From a virus, in the IMG/VR virus record IMGVR_UViG_3300027741_000001: DNA of 64,000 bases, one strand, 5' to 3'. The position numbers and the translations under genes are program-made. Shown one piece after another: positions 46,801 through 53,300 of the stretch (its first letter is position 1; every line of letters starts with the position of its first letter). Under the pieces are notes generated by a model that was not told the origin of the DNA, ran no database searches, and was given only the letters and a program-made list of their open reading frames with translations.

Positions 46801-46914
46801 AAATTTGTCACGGAACTGAGTTAGAACCTCGGCACGGCGTTCGGCAGAGGTATACTCACCGTCTCCGTCTCCGAAGCCGTCAGCTACTATAGGTTTTAGG
46901 TAGTCAAAATCCAC
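28858..46914 (-). CDS. Giant (6018 aa) polyvalent head-associated protein: DEDDh exonuclease, 3 HExxH zincins, 2 ADP-ribosyltransferases, 3 GNATs, ParB-like domain
   Basis: DFETTG...GQNVPFD...HSADGD (~45370-45990); HELGH 44284-44298; YRG..SSWS..EREV (~36520-36800); three RRG[IL]ATA GNAT motifs (~35500, ~34710, ~33915); EGNHRVEAA (~33340); YRG..SAWA..EAEV (~31980-32260); HEIAH 30934-30948; HEVWH 29374-29388. Confidence 0.85.
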   Translation of the reverse strand: MDFDYLKPIVADGFGDGDGEYTSAERRAEVLTQFRDKFGRWVEMGRGIKAKVRLGKKRGNDAGRTARVIGKFIGATPDGKFARVLVDPSDPNFAGKVLYIKYNNAEEVLATLDPEYLKKRGIELGKNTEGYEVGDGGIQDEDTLKIEDPTPQDLKDAEADLPDPENYKEEAAKKTATALTGKDLAAGNIVYDQGSDQYGKITNVKTLADGTKQIFIQFQNGRRAIMNVPADHPIQAWIGKDEAKPTPEAAPAQNREGSSIADLGIDLQSATMDANGARLPTPGAFTGVLQKILAGAKNWKQVAERLKSQVITYFDFETTGISDYDGQGIKNDPIQLGAVQVKNGKVIKRFNVYINPGSKLSEWSANNLKRDVVDGDGNIVRDENGKPVTTAVTPEWLQEQMSPEEALKQFLEFIGPNAILGGQNVPFDLEILQRMADDSGIKLNIAGTVDSKDLASLLPKYDPEKGTDGPKAPDRKTGEVRASSSLGPVANFLGFEPANWHSADGDAEDSFNLVSKIVDRAAAEDNQDMRLLNFPEMQKLYQERMAAFKNSISGNNPVTEAQLNALNELAGSENQEIAAEAKKAVNEATTRGKAAEVLARLNTNKDRTNNTPNQFRIGGGGGGGELGEGNGVPNKKELEFLAKLKAGGYFLKKKFTKKPKQYIPVGYDRIDSWERYPSWYKDMYESAGNLDDFVKLFWKALRESRKGTRLKDPEGRTDINEKEYAIAAATYKNLQGIGEKVILRYGEFTIEFDKQSDINGQLLDELKGYLDTARKLGFKLPVRIKIAKQGDPAFTEGEVIGFDKDHPELGCLTGESHTEPDGTMHLILWDQLHNLDKADKRRLFKGINEQGQEEYYGQNPGGFVPALQHVFFHELGHLWNREKHGKLVNSPLWGDLKKMFWGTDAKPFKRFAVTPNADLDPKINPNAFDERMAELFAAALIAFHNREDSILPNIGQFWKVAIEPYIHGEPIHWTANSERVNPPKKEEKGKGKKTTTPRGGKARTPDVKKPEDVKPGDIVYDKDGNLHGKVVVIRQDRHGNWHYWVEGKDYKPGDVFPKGLDEYVVHKNGIIYVTKAGANFVPGDGPDFIYPLPGKLDSSNADAVKAEDLKPGMVYESPDGPANVVNVFEHGIGVPDVKKSSDRVVVYVGKDGEVKHEVVPVGTFKKVLTSSKSNVPAPTPENENQGGEGSGNGNNRGGEGNGGGRGGRGGNGGGGGGGRRRNNDSFDEVFIILLRAAIRNALYKSSGRWEDFDLELEDKIRLEVDEIIEEIHNLGVPVSKYQRLAEYLNEKILPGNGDQYSIIAHAKDFLNGVKTPAESTTEIYGPERKLLYESIIEAVLRIAINLGKRIDPNQDPKQRADQIAQEAYEIVQEIIKLDIKDYKGLIRHLKENLGAVHEGMYSDKLKQVLDEVKEFLDPGYRKRQLDALDRIKELLKERIEAVDPLGEKTDVVGGLIKDILAPYLDVHGYGRKEGIDYEELLDLLDKNLKPGEIKHVEKREGSSLRGNWDEVVKAVQDIIDANLGKKESTETPEPEVTREDPIGKGKIDPKGYAEKGYVPMVHPKPEFPAEIDEKKLIEKGFEIEEQDNRDKPSQNREEDGEEGEEGALPYEDPSKFAAGKKAVVIWHNKDFSAPGARIKITFTRKADGSLDQKYTEIQWRNWDGTIDGDGYGPAELLDFELERSEEETFRKAFEFATKALARRNEEYNNGELPGTFPHFFRKVGDDYIWRALKDPKTGKWKAAKTEKIDRLKKPPFGAVISNKDGKWTATILDPKGNVVATFEVDGDENDKSALENLINQSYVELAKRYRNINAPAAAPTPANEPEKIDDSFVDLQDVAADWEKDKYGQIALGWNMARPRNGSGNMAVPKKGAEFWGEIRYWGSTDYPRDHISVKFQDKDGYWRGADLYGYYKDPELIAKAKQWLAQQYQIWKDPARRDATEGVTADGHKPKRGDTIYLINRGKIEKVTLDVGLEGDMDPEFKDLVGKYFVKQTNWGEYEIMLGSSERSAAHIGDMIDAYKDENLAKEELQRRLDNEKELENKYGFKFFKLNDEDEKEQPVEEETTPTTESKEITGEHNFPLPDDVQMFPAGAGEPYAKYVINGEGFQHEADYPDVRAKDGLRYGAEIYYEEAIEPNSYNKKGRVAGWRISLLNNKWREDMSRRRLIDYRNAEVPGDINDPEVWKKAVEEARKMVANAIAENGGNNNPYTSEYIPLESLDQIQSGDYLMYGGHFPPTTRWKGTKSEETSPNFYAQVVSVKTDENGNRVFEIKEPNRAQGGYYDNVFVNDEEFLAKFGGITGLARYSDENQNVKPATEPVAETKVEEEPKELTEEERQANIDAWTEVGQLYRKYLAAKRGKNMKREAKRLKQELSPYPVVMLHEKLSDYKDILNNTRSSSTDENEKKAIAKRIAELVDAMKQLNVLTNKGMKEGAGKPTDPLDFNFDNLFRDIEVEDGISESDVEEVVNEPEVVEEPAAEPTEEPKKNVIETAGGVLDFDALSPMQLGKIKAHLDKKVRWNGEVMTYRELYSRFAIGRRKSQNLKDVDFVKGQSENIWGPIKYFLYVDEKGGMIDVPKMIYDAFKPTSTDPKMDEDATAPVQEAKMAEVQRKWDEKAKAEAETAKSAEEKPEEPVEEKPEKPVATPVTSVETPKDLGPTQITKETAKQYLAEKVDVGWTIYGPDGYALGVVVKKDTLGRVVQLTVRGPNGKETTYNFNMLTKLNAFSPKDKKDIEKAIKAKPVEPKPEVVKEPTSEETPDKISREDGYRLFNAIKKVYDFIHRSKRTEDPDAAKKDANDKVNQLAKILNPEDIDDFIRYVDLEIAFKKIMSSTDYLDNFEKYIDNYSSGNGAEVNPIHRGADGKIINKGDDLVVVDSDGNLKKITLQVFKKPNPTAFRDKTDFIEWGYQLRLDGNKNPEIVNINDSKESYSLDNVFHTQNEYEIRNIISNRSKALPKTSVAPEAIENASYNGNLENDLSAFKNNLENAIENFRNQPGADKNVYKAAAKELYNELKKLNSLYEDSATSGNDLEQIRNVYDDKIRDLGDVQSAKEKSNPNQNREGAERNITTATQKTNISAVEDAVRNGEIDDLSASDSISDLFSSTSEFSQSILLKQVAAARLLRYMPDARFDDLLKAAMSGGYSPLFNASSRMDVHYMNYNGIAKEAFFSRLSGPASSSIYNAFNADLSDIKEDTELLVTNVNEVKSLSTISILTVNKELMNSVLEKMGNTDSNSIIKFINDQLFLRVHSSFNQEDVNDLKKIMISNLIHSWALSSNDKNIKSHAMQKVAKDIFAMDPKATSEWSFVRGMNQYNVDIYREQGTVPNEVKDLIDLNNHYEDQVDQEVKDHRLIYTQFLHAMYNATQDLLKDQGIDGFIVYRGSDSTELNEIYNNLGSTGVFSGTVQQRPLSSWSTNRYKAESFAMNSPGKNAVVMATIVPADKVISFSGSGFGSMDEREVVVLGGDIKEALFSYHSYPGNRDNSDLEAAIKEEAERNQIVSNDPVSGQTVIQEQSKPSQNRERAEKPINIDNSDENADWIKQSSWDLSTNVDDFLRMFTSRDQLSDFMTKPTAQGMPEEMLRNLWPAADKHFEKIESAPKEEESKYLPEPFDPRDKKADLDEYYNYDYTKMPDGTPFNSDQQQQMDAIAKRLENILKNNDEDANSFAVKNLKNFRRTLYQQIIAKPTKGSSTTRDSILKQVEFSDKPAVKYFDEARGLTYTRYVDKFTDKYGRKYYIVTNIDESSGRQTVVAYDQKNFEGMPLPEDYVRKDQPVSGINDVGGLDSYIFRDPSVSEIQSVMVTDRYQRRGIATALVAVLEKRLGLPVIHSDNLSSMGFAFSNSIDPGKPDLHNNEKSIKLQEDNAPSQNREGFFKRNKAKKEPFDPTDPTIDLEKYYNYDYTQMPDGTPFNVYQQQQMDILKDAIDNEPDDFERKLRIAERRRIYQGYTAKPNLKSGTNLESIKDQVGLLDDNTSRMNYSGAGKPYADLPPEYKQSTQYIDEFTDKYGRQYWVVTKVVNGLGMSNVKLYDKSKNSLQDLQDNSEDRTPVSSLDVFNNKISMVYTSDRYVRRGLATAALHLARERSGKEVQHSEMLTSFGRAFSLSVDPNPDLHRNDESKVTLSNNQPSQNRENQYPPEPFDPNDRTLDLDTIYNYDYTQLPDGTPFNAKQQKIMDWENKNVEDAIASGDDSKIRAAKISRRFEYTKFTTVANPDSKTNMETIADQVTLGKSKPKKFTGFVRYTDKFIDKYGRKYMILTDINTDSSSDKSVLVTVHDLEGRFLAPNFTPEGMENVDTFGGKFLHIASLRVDDDDKKDPNAAAKIGLVLTNDEYRRRGLATAMLYVARKHYSKPVNHSSTLTMYGKAFSNSVDAGKPDVHDSLESKQLQIDLLKEKGLPVEEPKLDGDEIDYGPNQNRENVEEPTILNKYLEVIPLNNSYRDKNDPDLDLTEWTGKGVKIYGIGNGGNPLGYVRTEKLATMKGNLADMESSTSSIAHDLEDGTGYLEPVLVWYNPLTGRAFIAEGNHRVEAARIAGREYVPVVVGVSTVDFKNPTTMERSGGVGDVVLNKDGSLENFKNVKDGSLINPYHLFNDEDLLYPRINLDPKDVPGFTDVLKIQSDLLNELMAENEETGLNEIATWYDPDAFDIDSSIGHMGGASEQLKEIAAKNIGNNMLSSPKDILGALDHAISISQVVRSRLSYLDSQKMALKALDSKSDNLNGNSIILFIDDSEHSPYEGLHIETLREVLDFMDPYDEELYGNPYDEKTIDYKTLFDDYYANENKKPIFFDNPEDIEAFKEKAASILVAQWAETSNGSDMLSHALQIAAAETFKMPAGSWAPWKVQSKNAQYTKDILENAEYYYGIHSSVLKDFLKTMYDLTQDRFKNYGIKYLTLYRGTGVDEEAFKIDTGIEYNGIGDAEILQRPMSAWAWLHGDAFNFATSRLQERAGMFMGTIIPVEQVLSIPGTGFGCFEEAEVVLLAGKNRLVRAATSDDSHKVLDQKTFIAENADKVISYLVDQLPKDKNAFDNLIEFNRSTPNVTGPSQNREIPSINVDDSVENSDWVISEFAKKKKLDAKENELPEGSGQTNPVEEPISLNELHRTFITALLSGAGDQRTRPLPDAKPEWLAADVETDNLTMAEKNAIYTWYMGVVKGDGASSDNLSINAQVYLTKHIIPLINRHDEEHMLLPHHDIYINKDNNVTIKVVRFITNPTKKNGKTNVNTEYRAATAAGVAKFANKLSDVLSRVKFKFPVKELQVIVTHPNIEDFFKPFTRDDGTRGRNLAGLSFPHMFVNGQILNEEDNKPNPKLTENPRADATELESTIAHEIAHVLEQKGIINFSDQATKDTLRRFMTEYPLSDYAATDEGEYLAEAYAGMIISEDGIGRHKEVADWINDQIATVDERKEKAAIDLLKGMLEKLGIQNNNKPSQNREGSREQIIASAAKDIASSGIGFTPGKIKNDISIAIDGPVVQIEGSPKKDAVAPSDQATAIKNEIIGLGHMILDDARAISDEQARAEGLIPEGFTAEEYRKKLENDAKSLNGEILRGDSKFRAMSQDLMRNAFNRLSYEDKEEIFQSLKQEAAKELSGKDVNVFSAEETFNMLLVEYGDDLSHKLAYDYATPYSEFIFDTGKTVLQRVRNKKTLRLTKDVEEVRALIDVTGAHEGGETILSLLTKWAIRTGKIDTSDLAKKATEIKEVRDRLRASPKAEDFTNKYHSIIGKNIKSQMEKAGVEFDSVPAHQFFNQYKDYKYVNSNEKFQDIRIDRNKKLIKNLEETLSFVPKDIILAGMEYLAHTGGKLGVQISDARAQFKQHWKNKNLINSLRWKKEQGDGGFFRGDSTDDYLHEVWHFFQMINHDIAALEHAFSYDRIKTADSSNIIPSMEVYEKWMEESFSGAKVADPYTVKVYPRSTSKFATFSPNNHSAEVITTTMQDLFTDPGRFSTPNGVTVKTGKGKKTTRFSDAHMDIATGVWYTNATMTTKIDPKLITGIEGLDPSNDTDWDLKAFGIGLLMSLLNWENK

Positions 46915-47117
46915 TATTCTCCGCCATCCTTAAGGATGTCTACCCCGATTAAACGTTGCAGCTCCTCATTGGCGGCTTTAGAGCCTTCTAAAGTTAGGTT
47001 TACTAGTTGCTCGATTGAAAGAGATGAGTATGGCACTTTTTTAACAACGTGCTCATCATTTCTATAAGACTCTACGGTAAGCATAGGCTCGGCCTTAGAC
47101 TTTTTATTTTCGTCCAT
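46914..47117 (-). CDS. Small hypothetical protein (67 aa)
   Basis: Stop overlaps the GTG start of the giant gene; RBS agga. Confidence 0.65.
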   Translation of the reverse strand: MDENKKSKAEPMLTVESYRNDEHVVKKVPYSSLSIEQLVNLTLEGSKAANEELQRLIGVDILKDGGE

Positions 47118-47134
47118 TTATATATCCTACGTAG

Positions 47135-47287
47135 TTATTCTGACGGAGTGTTTTTAGGAGTAGGCTCTGCTACATCCTCTTCACCACTATCATATAGGAA
47201 ATCTGGATCGGGGTTTGGGAAAGAGATAGCAGTCCAATACTCTTCATCTTCAGGAGTATAGTGATCAGGGTTTAAATAATTTTCCAT
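47135..47287 (-). CDS. Small acidic hypothetical protein (50 aa, below the ORF-track cutoff)
   Basis: MENYLNPDHYTPEDEEYWTAISFPNPDPDFLYDSGEEDVAEPTPKNTPSE*; RBS GAGGAG upstream. Confidence 0.65.
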   Translation of the reverse strand: MENYLNPDHYTPEDEEYWTAISFPNPDPDFLYDSGEEDVAEPTPKNTPSE

Positions 47288-47324
47288 GTAAATACTCCTC
47301 GAAATAGTTAATAAGTCTGTAAAT

Positions 47325-47333
47325 AGTATACCA
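47325..47333 (-). promoter_or_regulatory. Extended -10 promoter element between the two giant genes
   Basis: Minus strand TG-G-TATACT in the intergenic gap. Confidence 0.5.
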
Positions 47334-47355
47334 AAGTATCTGAATAAAGACTTAA

Positions 47356-50300
47356 TTAACCACCAAGAAGTGCTTTAAGTTGATTAAGAATATTGACTCT
47401 ATCCTCAGGATCAGCTAGACTAATGCTCCAGTTGTTTGCTTTTCTATCCCAGAAGAATGAGAATGGGATCTTCTTATCTTTAGGTACTAGTGAAACACTC
47501 TTGATTAGATCTTTAGCAGCCATAGTATCACCCATCAGGAAGATTCTATTACCTTCGATTCGATAGTTGACACCGCCTCCAAGACCTCCAGAAGATCCAT
47601 CTTCACCAGTTACTGGCTCAATTGGCATGGAGGTAGCTCCAGGCTGATTAGTTGGATCATACTCTTCATCTGGGTTATCTTCATAGTAGCCAGCTAGGAT
47701 GTAGTCAACTGCCTTGCTTGCCATAGAAGCGGCCTCAAACAAAGCGTTTGGCTCTGTTTCCAAGAATCTCTTCCAAGACTGAACATAAGCAGCCACGTTT
47801 TCAATACTGGTGTTGATCCCAAACATAGAAGCTAAAATAGCTGCTCCAATTTCTGCAATAAGTTCTTCACGAGCACGGACATCCTTGTGCTTACCGTAGT
47901 TATCTAGAAGATCTTTACGATCTAGACGCTGAGGGTCTCCAGTACTGTGGACCAGCTCGTGGAACAAAGTATCTAGGTGCTCTTCAGTGCTATTGAACTG
48001 TTCTCTTAGAGGCAAGCTGACTGTGTCCGTCTGAGGTGACCAGAAAGCTGAGTCTCCAGGGGCATATTGGATGTTAGGCCCGCCTGTGTAGGAAGCAAGG
48101 ATGATATCCTCTACCTCGTGCATAGGAGGTGGGTCTTTTCTAGGAAGTGGTGGAATAGTAATACCCTTAACCACATCTTCGTTATAGACAACATCAATGT
48201 CGAGTCTAGTCTTGGTTCTAGAACCATCATCCGGCTTCTGGTCACCAGTCTTTGGGTCAATGATAGTTTTGGTCTCATCTGGCTTTACAGTGTACTTACT
48301 CTTCACAACCTTGGTTATAAGCACGCCATCGTTTTCGTCTACGTAGCCACCAAGCTTAGCAATAGCGTTCTTTGTATACCAGCGAGTACCTTTGTAGCCT
48401 CTGAATTGGCTTAGAACTTCTAGAATAACTAGGTTTCCACCCTTGTAGTTCTTACCAGTAGCGCCTGATGTAGGTAGGTAAGATCCACCGCCAGTCCAAG
48501 GCTTCTTCCAAGGAATAATTCCCTTATCCATAGCCTCGGTAATTTGAGCCATAACCTGATCTACAGCATCTTTATTGCTCTTTATAGGTTTGCTATTTTC
48601 GCGGTTTTGAGAAGGACCGTTGTCTTCTAGGTCTTTCCAACCAAAAATTGCCTCGGAAGCTCCAAAGATTCCAGATTTATTTGCCACTTCAGAGACCTTC
48701 ACGAACTTGTCACCATTTTCGTCAGTGTAAAGTTCTACTCTCTTATTTGGCAAAGCTGATCTGAGTTGAGCCACGTACTCTTCCGGATCTAGTCCATTAG
48801 GAATAGGGTCAAGAACAGGAGTCTCGATCTCGGCTGTCATTCTTTCAGCAGCGTGAACTGCCTCTGTGAGTTCCTTTAGACCGCGTTCTCCGCCAGGATA
48901 TTGAGGATCTCTAGAGATAGGCTCAAGAGACATCTGGTAATCGTACTCAGCTTGAATAGCTTCGTCATAGGCTGCATTAATCTCTTCTTCAGACATTACT
49001 GGCTGCTCAGATGCAGATTTATTAGGAGTTGAATCTGAATCTGATTCAATAGCTTTTGCAACTATATCTAAGCTAGACTCTTTGACGTTTTCTGGATCTG
49101 ACTTAGCATCTATGCTATTATCCCCTTGGAAAATAGTAGTTCCGTTTTTACGAACTTGGATAGCATCATTAGAGATAGTAGCTTCATACTTGCCATCAGG
49201 AGAACTCCAAGTGTGCTTGTAGTCATTTCCTTCAGGTCCACCTAGATATTCGGTATTCCAGTTAGCAGTGTAGTCATACTTACTGTCAGGGTTGGTAGCA
49301 CCTTCACGGTTTTGAGACGGGCCTCCGATAACCTTTTTAGCCTGCTGGCCATTAACATATGATGCACCGCCACCGCCATCAATAGCTTCAAAGAATACGC
49401 TAACTTCATCGGAATCGTGACGACTTATCATCTTGATTCTCTTGTTTCCCTTAGCAGTAACTACAGTGTCACCCTTTTGTAGAGTATTAGGGTCTACTTC
49501 TACAATTTCAGGTCCTGAGCTTTCAGTATTCTGTGAAGTAGGTTGATCAGGGCTCTTATCAGACCTAGCTTCTAGCTGGCGTAGGTAATCCTTACGCTTT
49601 GACTTGAATTCTTCTATCTTACCATCTAGCCAATCCAACATTCCAGGATCTAATTCATCCATAGTTCTAGTTACAGCAACGTACATAAGGTTCAATGCTT
49701 CTGTAGTAAGAGATCTAGGCATATTGCCCTTCTCGATAGCGTCAGCATCTTTTTGTGGGTTAGGCTTGAACCATGTTCCTGAAAGTTTAACTTGTTTAGC
49801 TTCTAGTCCCTTGGCTCGGTGAGCAGTTAGAACTACGCTGTCGACATCTGCACCACTTAGAGCGTCTACAAGAGCGCTTAGTTGCTCAGATCCATTTCCT
49901 TGAACAGGAGTGGTCCAGTCCCAAGTCTTACCTGTATCCCATGTGTATCCCATTGAAGATAGAGTGTCAGAGTTATTCTTAGTTCCATTATTTGGATTCT
50001 TTAGCTCAGGTGTCCAAGGCTTTGCATCACCAGTATTGTAGAGACGGATAGCCCCATTTTCAATCTTGTAGCTAATGAAGTTTCCAAGATCTCCTTCGTC
50101 GCCCCAGTTGCCATCCGAAGGCTTTTTGAATCCTTGAATACCAATGATTCTTGCACCATCTACTGTCCGCTTTAGTTCAGCAAATACTGCCTTGCCATCG
50201 TTATCTCTTTCTTGCTCTTCTAGACGAGCTTGAGTCAGCTCCATAATGCCTAGCAATCTTCCTACTGCTGGATCAGAATCTTCTTGGTGAAGTTCAAGCA

Positions 50301-53300
50301 TTTGCTTCCAGCTGTCGTAGGAGTCTAAGTCCTCATGCGCATTTGATGGGCGATACTTAGGATTAGCACCAAAAAATAGCCACTTAGCTGTAGCCAAGAA
50401 ACTATTCATTTCAGCTTTAAATTCCCTAATAACACCAGCACGTTGACCTCTACCAACCATAGTCATAATTTCTAGTAGAGCATCAGCGTTGGTTGTGGTA
50501 AGAATCATGTCTGCATCTGTCATACTTCCAGGAGTTGCAAGACTTGAAGTCTTATTTGGATTTCCGACTAGACGTTCGTCATCCTCGTCCTTAATCTCCA
50601 AAACCTGGTTAGCAAAATCAGCAACATCCTGTCCGGCACGGAACATCATGGTTAGAGGTAGGGTTACCATTCTTCTAAACATATTTAGGCTGTTGACGGC
50701 TCCACGGAACTGATAGATAGATTGGTGAGGATCTCCAACAACAACAAGCTGTATGCCATTGTTGTGTAGAGTCTCTTGCTCATCCATAAGTCTAAAGAAT
50801 ACTCCGTTAACGTCCTGAGCCTCATCAATCAGAATAATGTCTGGGATTGCACCAAGACCGTGGGCGCTTTCTCCCTTAGAGTTAACTTCTTTTAGATTAG
50901 GGTGGCTAAGAGCAAAGTTCTTCATCATATCGTTGAAAGTTACAGGAATCTGACGAACGCTGTCATCGTGCGGCTCTAGTTTTTCTTTCCATATTTTCTG
51001 AGCTAGCTCTAGGAAGAATGGGGTATAAGCCTCAGGGCCTCCTATTTTTTCTCCAATTGCATCGTCGAAGTGTTTTCTTTCAATCATGTCATCTGCACTA
51101 ATAGTCCAGTTGTTTAGACCCTTAAGTGTAATTTTTACTGCTAAGAACTTAGAAATTCTTTTTCCATTACCTAGCTCTACTTCGTTTGGAATCTTGAAGT
51201 AATCAGCTATATCTAAAAAGCCATTGATCGGTCTATTTTTTGCATCCGACTGCTTCTTCATAGCAATAAACTTCTTAGAAAGTTTGCTATTTACAGGAGC
51301 TTTGAAAGATACAGAGTCCATAGTTCTAATTTCAGTATTTCCAGGGAACTTAAGTCTGTTCTCATCTGCAATAGCTTTGTTGAAAGCCATAGCAAGAATT
51401 CTCTTCTTAGGGAAGTAGTGAAGTATTGCCTTTGCAAGACCGATCAAGGTAGTAGTTTTACCTGTACCGGCTAGAGCCTTGATAACAACTGACCATCCAC
51501 GAATACCAGCTTCAATAGCGTCTTTCTGCTGATCGGTGTACTCTTTATCCAAGAATTCAATATCGTGTCTACCTGTAGCCAGCTCAGCCTTGTTCTTGGT
51601 ATCTTCAGGACGTTCTCTATTTTGAGATGGGGCATCGATAACATCTTGAGCTGCTTGCTCTAGTTTCTTAATAGCAGAGTTGATAGCACGCTTTTCTGCT
51701 GGACTACTAGTAGAGCTTAAAGCATCTTGCAAATTAGTCATAGCATATGAGAGCCGAGACAAAGTACTCTGCTGATTCACGCCTTCGCGAAGTTGACTAG
51801 GGCCACTCTTTTTGTGACGGTCAGGATATTTCTCATCTAGGTAAGCATTTAACTTATCTAGGTCATATCCAGTAGGGACTCGTAAGCCATCAACGTCTAG
51901 GTTGTTAGCAATGGCGTAGTCAAGTTCTAGACCGTCCATTTCCTTAACTAGATCACCGATTTCGTTAGAGTTGACATTTGGAAGCAACTTCCAGATCTCT
52001 TCTCTACGTTCCGCAGATACTATGTCTCTAGGATCCAATAGACGTCTTTCAACGCTCTTCAACTGCTTAGGGCTTGGTTTTCTGATCTTATTTAGTGGAT
52101 CATCAATAACGTTGCTTTCAGTAAGAGGTTGTTCACCATCGTCTGGCTTTGGAGGAAATAAGCTTGAGAAAGTAGGACGATCGTTTGTAGGAGTTCCTTC
52201 TGGAGATGTAGAGTTAAGAGCATTTCTTGCTTCTTGCTCTAGATCCTTAGGATCTGGTTCGTCTCCTCTAGCAGCTCTTTCAACAGCTCTATCAGCTATA
52301 AATTTTAAAGCACGTTCGACAAATGCTTCGTATCCTGGAATATACTTAGCAAGTTTTGCATCATAGTCATTATCTGAAGCATCGAGATCAAAGATATTGT
52401 CTTTAATCAAATCGGTTCCAGACTTAGCTCTCTTAAGCATCTGCCCTAGAAGTTTGACGTTAAGTTCTAGATCATTAGCTGCATTATGTAATGAATTACT
52501 AGGAATACCTTCGTATCTTCCTAAAGCTTCTAGAGCGGTAGAACCATGTATACCAAAGTCTCCTACCTTATATGGACCACCAAGGTTAGTTTTTTTGTTA
52601 AATACATTGTAAATGTGATCAGCTAGTCCAAGCGTGTCAATCATTCCAGCAGGAGAATATTCTGCTAGTCCAGCTTCTTTAAGAGTTCTATTTAGGACTT
52701 CTAAATCGTAATCAGCAACGTTGTGACCAGCTAAAACTGCGTCTGGTCCTAGAAATTCTAAAGCCTTAGCAATAACTTCACTCTTGGTTGGGAGACTTGC
52801 AATCCACTCAGGAGTTACTCGATTGCCTTTGTCATCCTTTATATTTGCCATAGACCATGAACTTAAAGGAGATCCAGGATTCATGTAGCTTATAAACTTA
52901 TCAACGATTTCTCCGTTTACAACTTTATATATAGCAATCTGAATTGGATCGTTTTTAACATGAGGCTGTAAAGGGTCAAAGATACCGGTAGTTTCAAAAT
53001 CAATAAAGTGTAGAACTTTATCTCTCAAAGCTTCAGTTACATCATCCCAGTTCTTTGCTCCAGCCATCCAGTCGCGAACAACGCCCCAGAAAGCCTTAGG
53101 TTTAACTCTTGCAGGAGGTCTAGGCTTATTTGGGTGGTTAGAGTAGTCAATGATTCCAGGAACTGGATCGGTGTCAACTGGGATCTCTGGAGATTCAACA
53201 GGATTTGGCTCAAATACCTCTGCTGATGTGCTGTGGTCTACTTCATCTTCTAGAGATGGGTCGTAATCATTTTCGAATGGACTATTGTGGTATCCATCTC

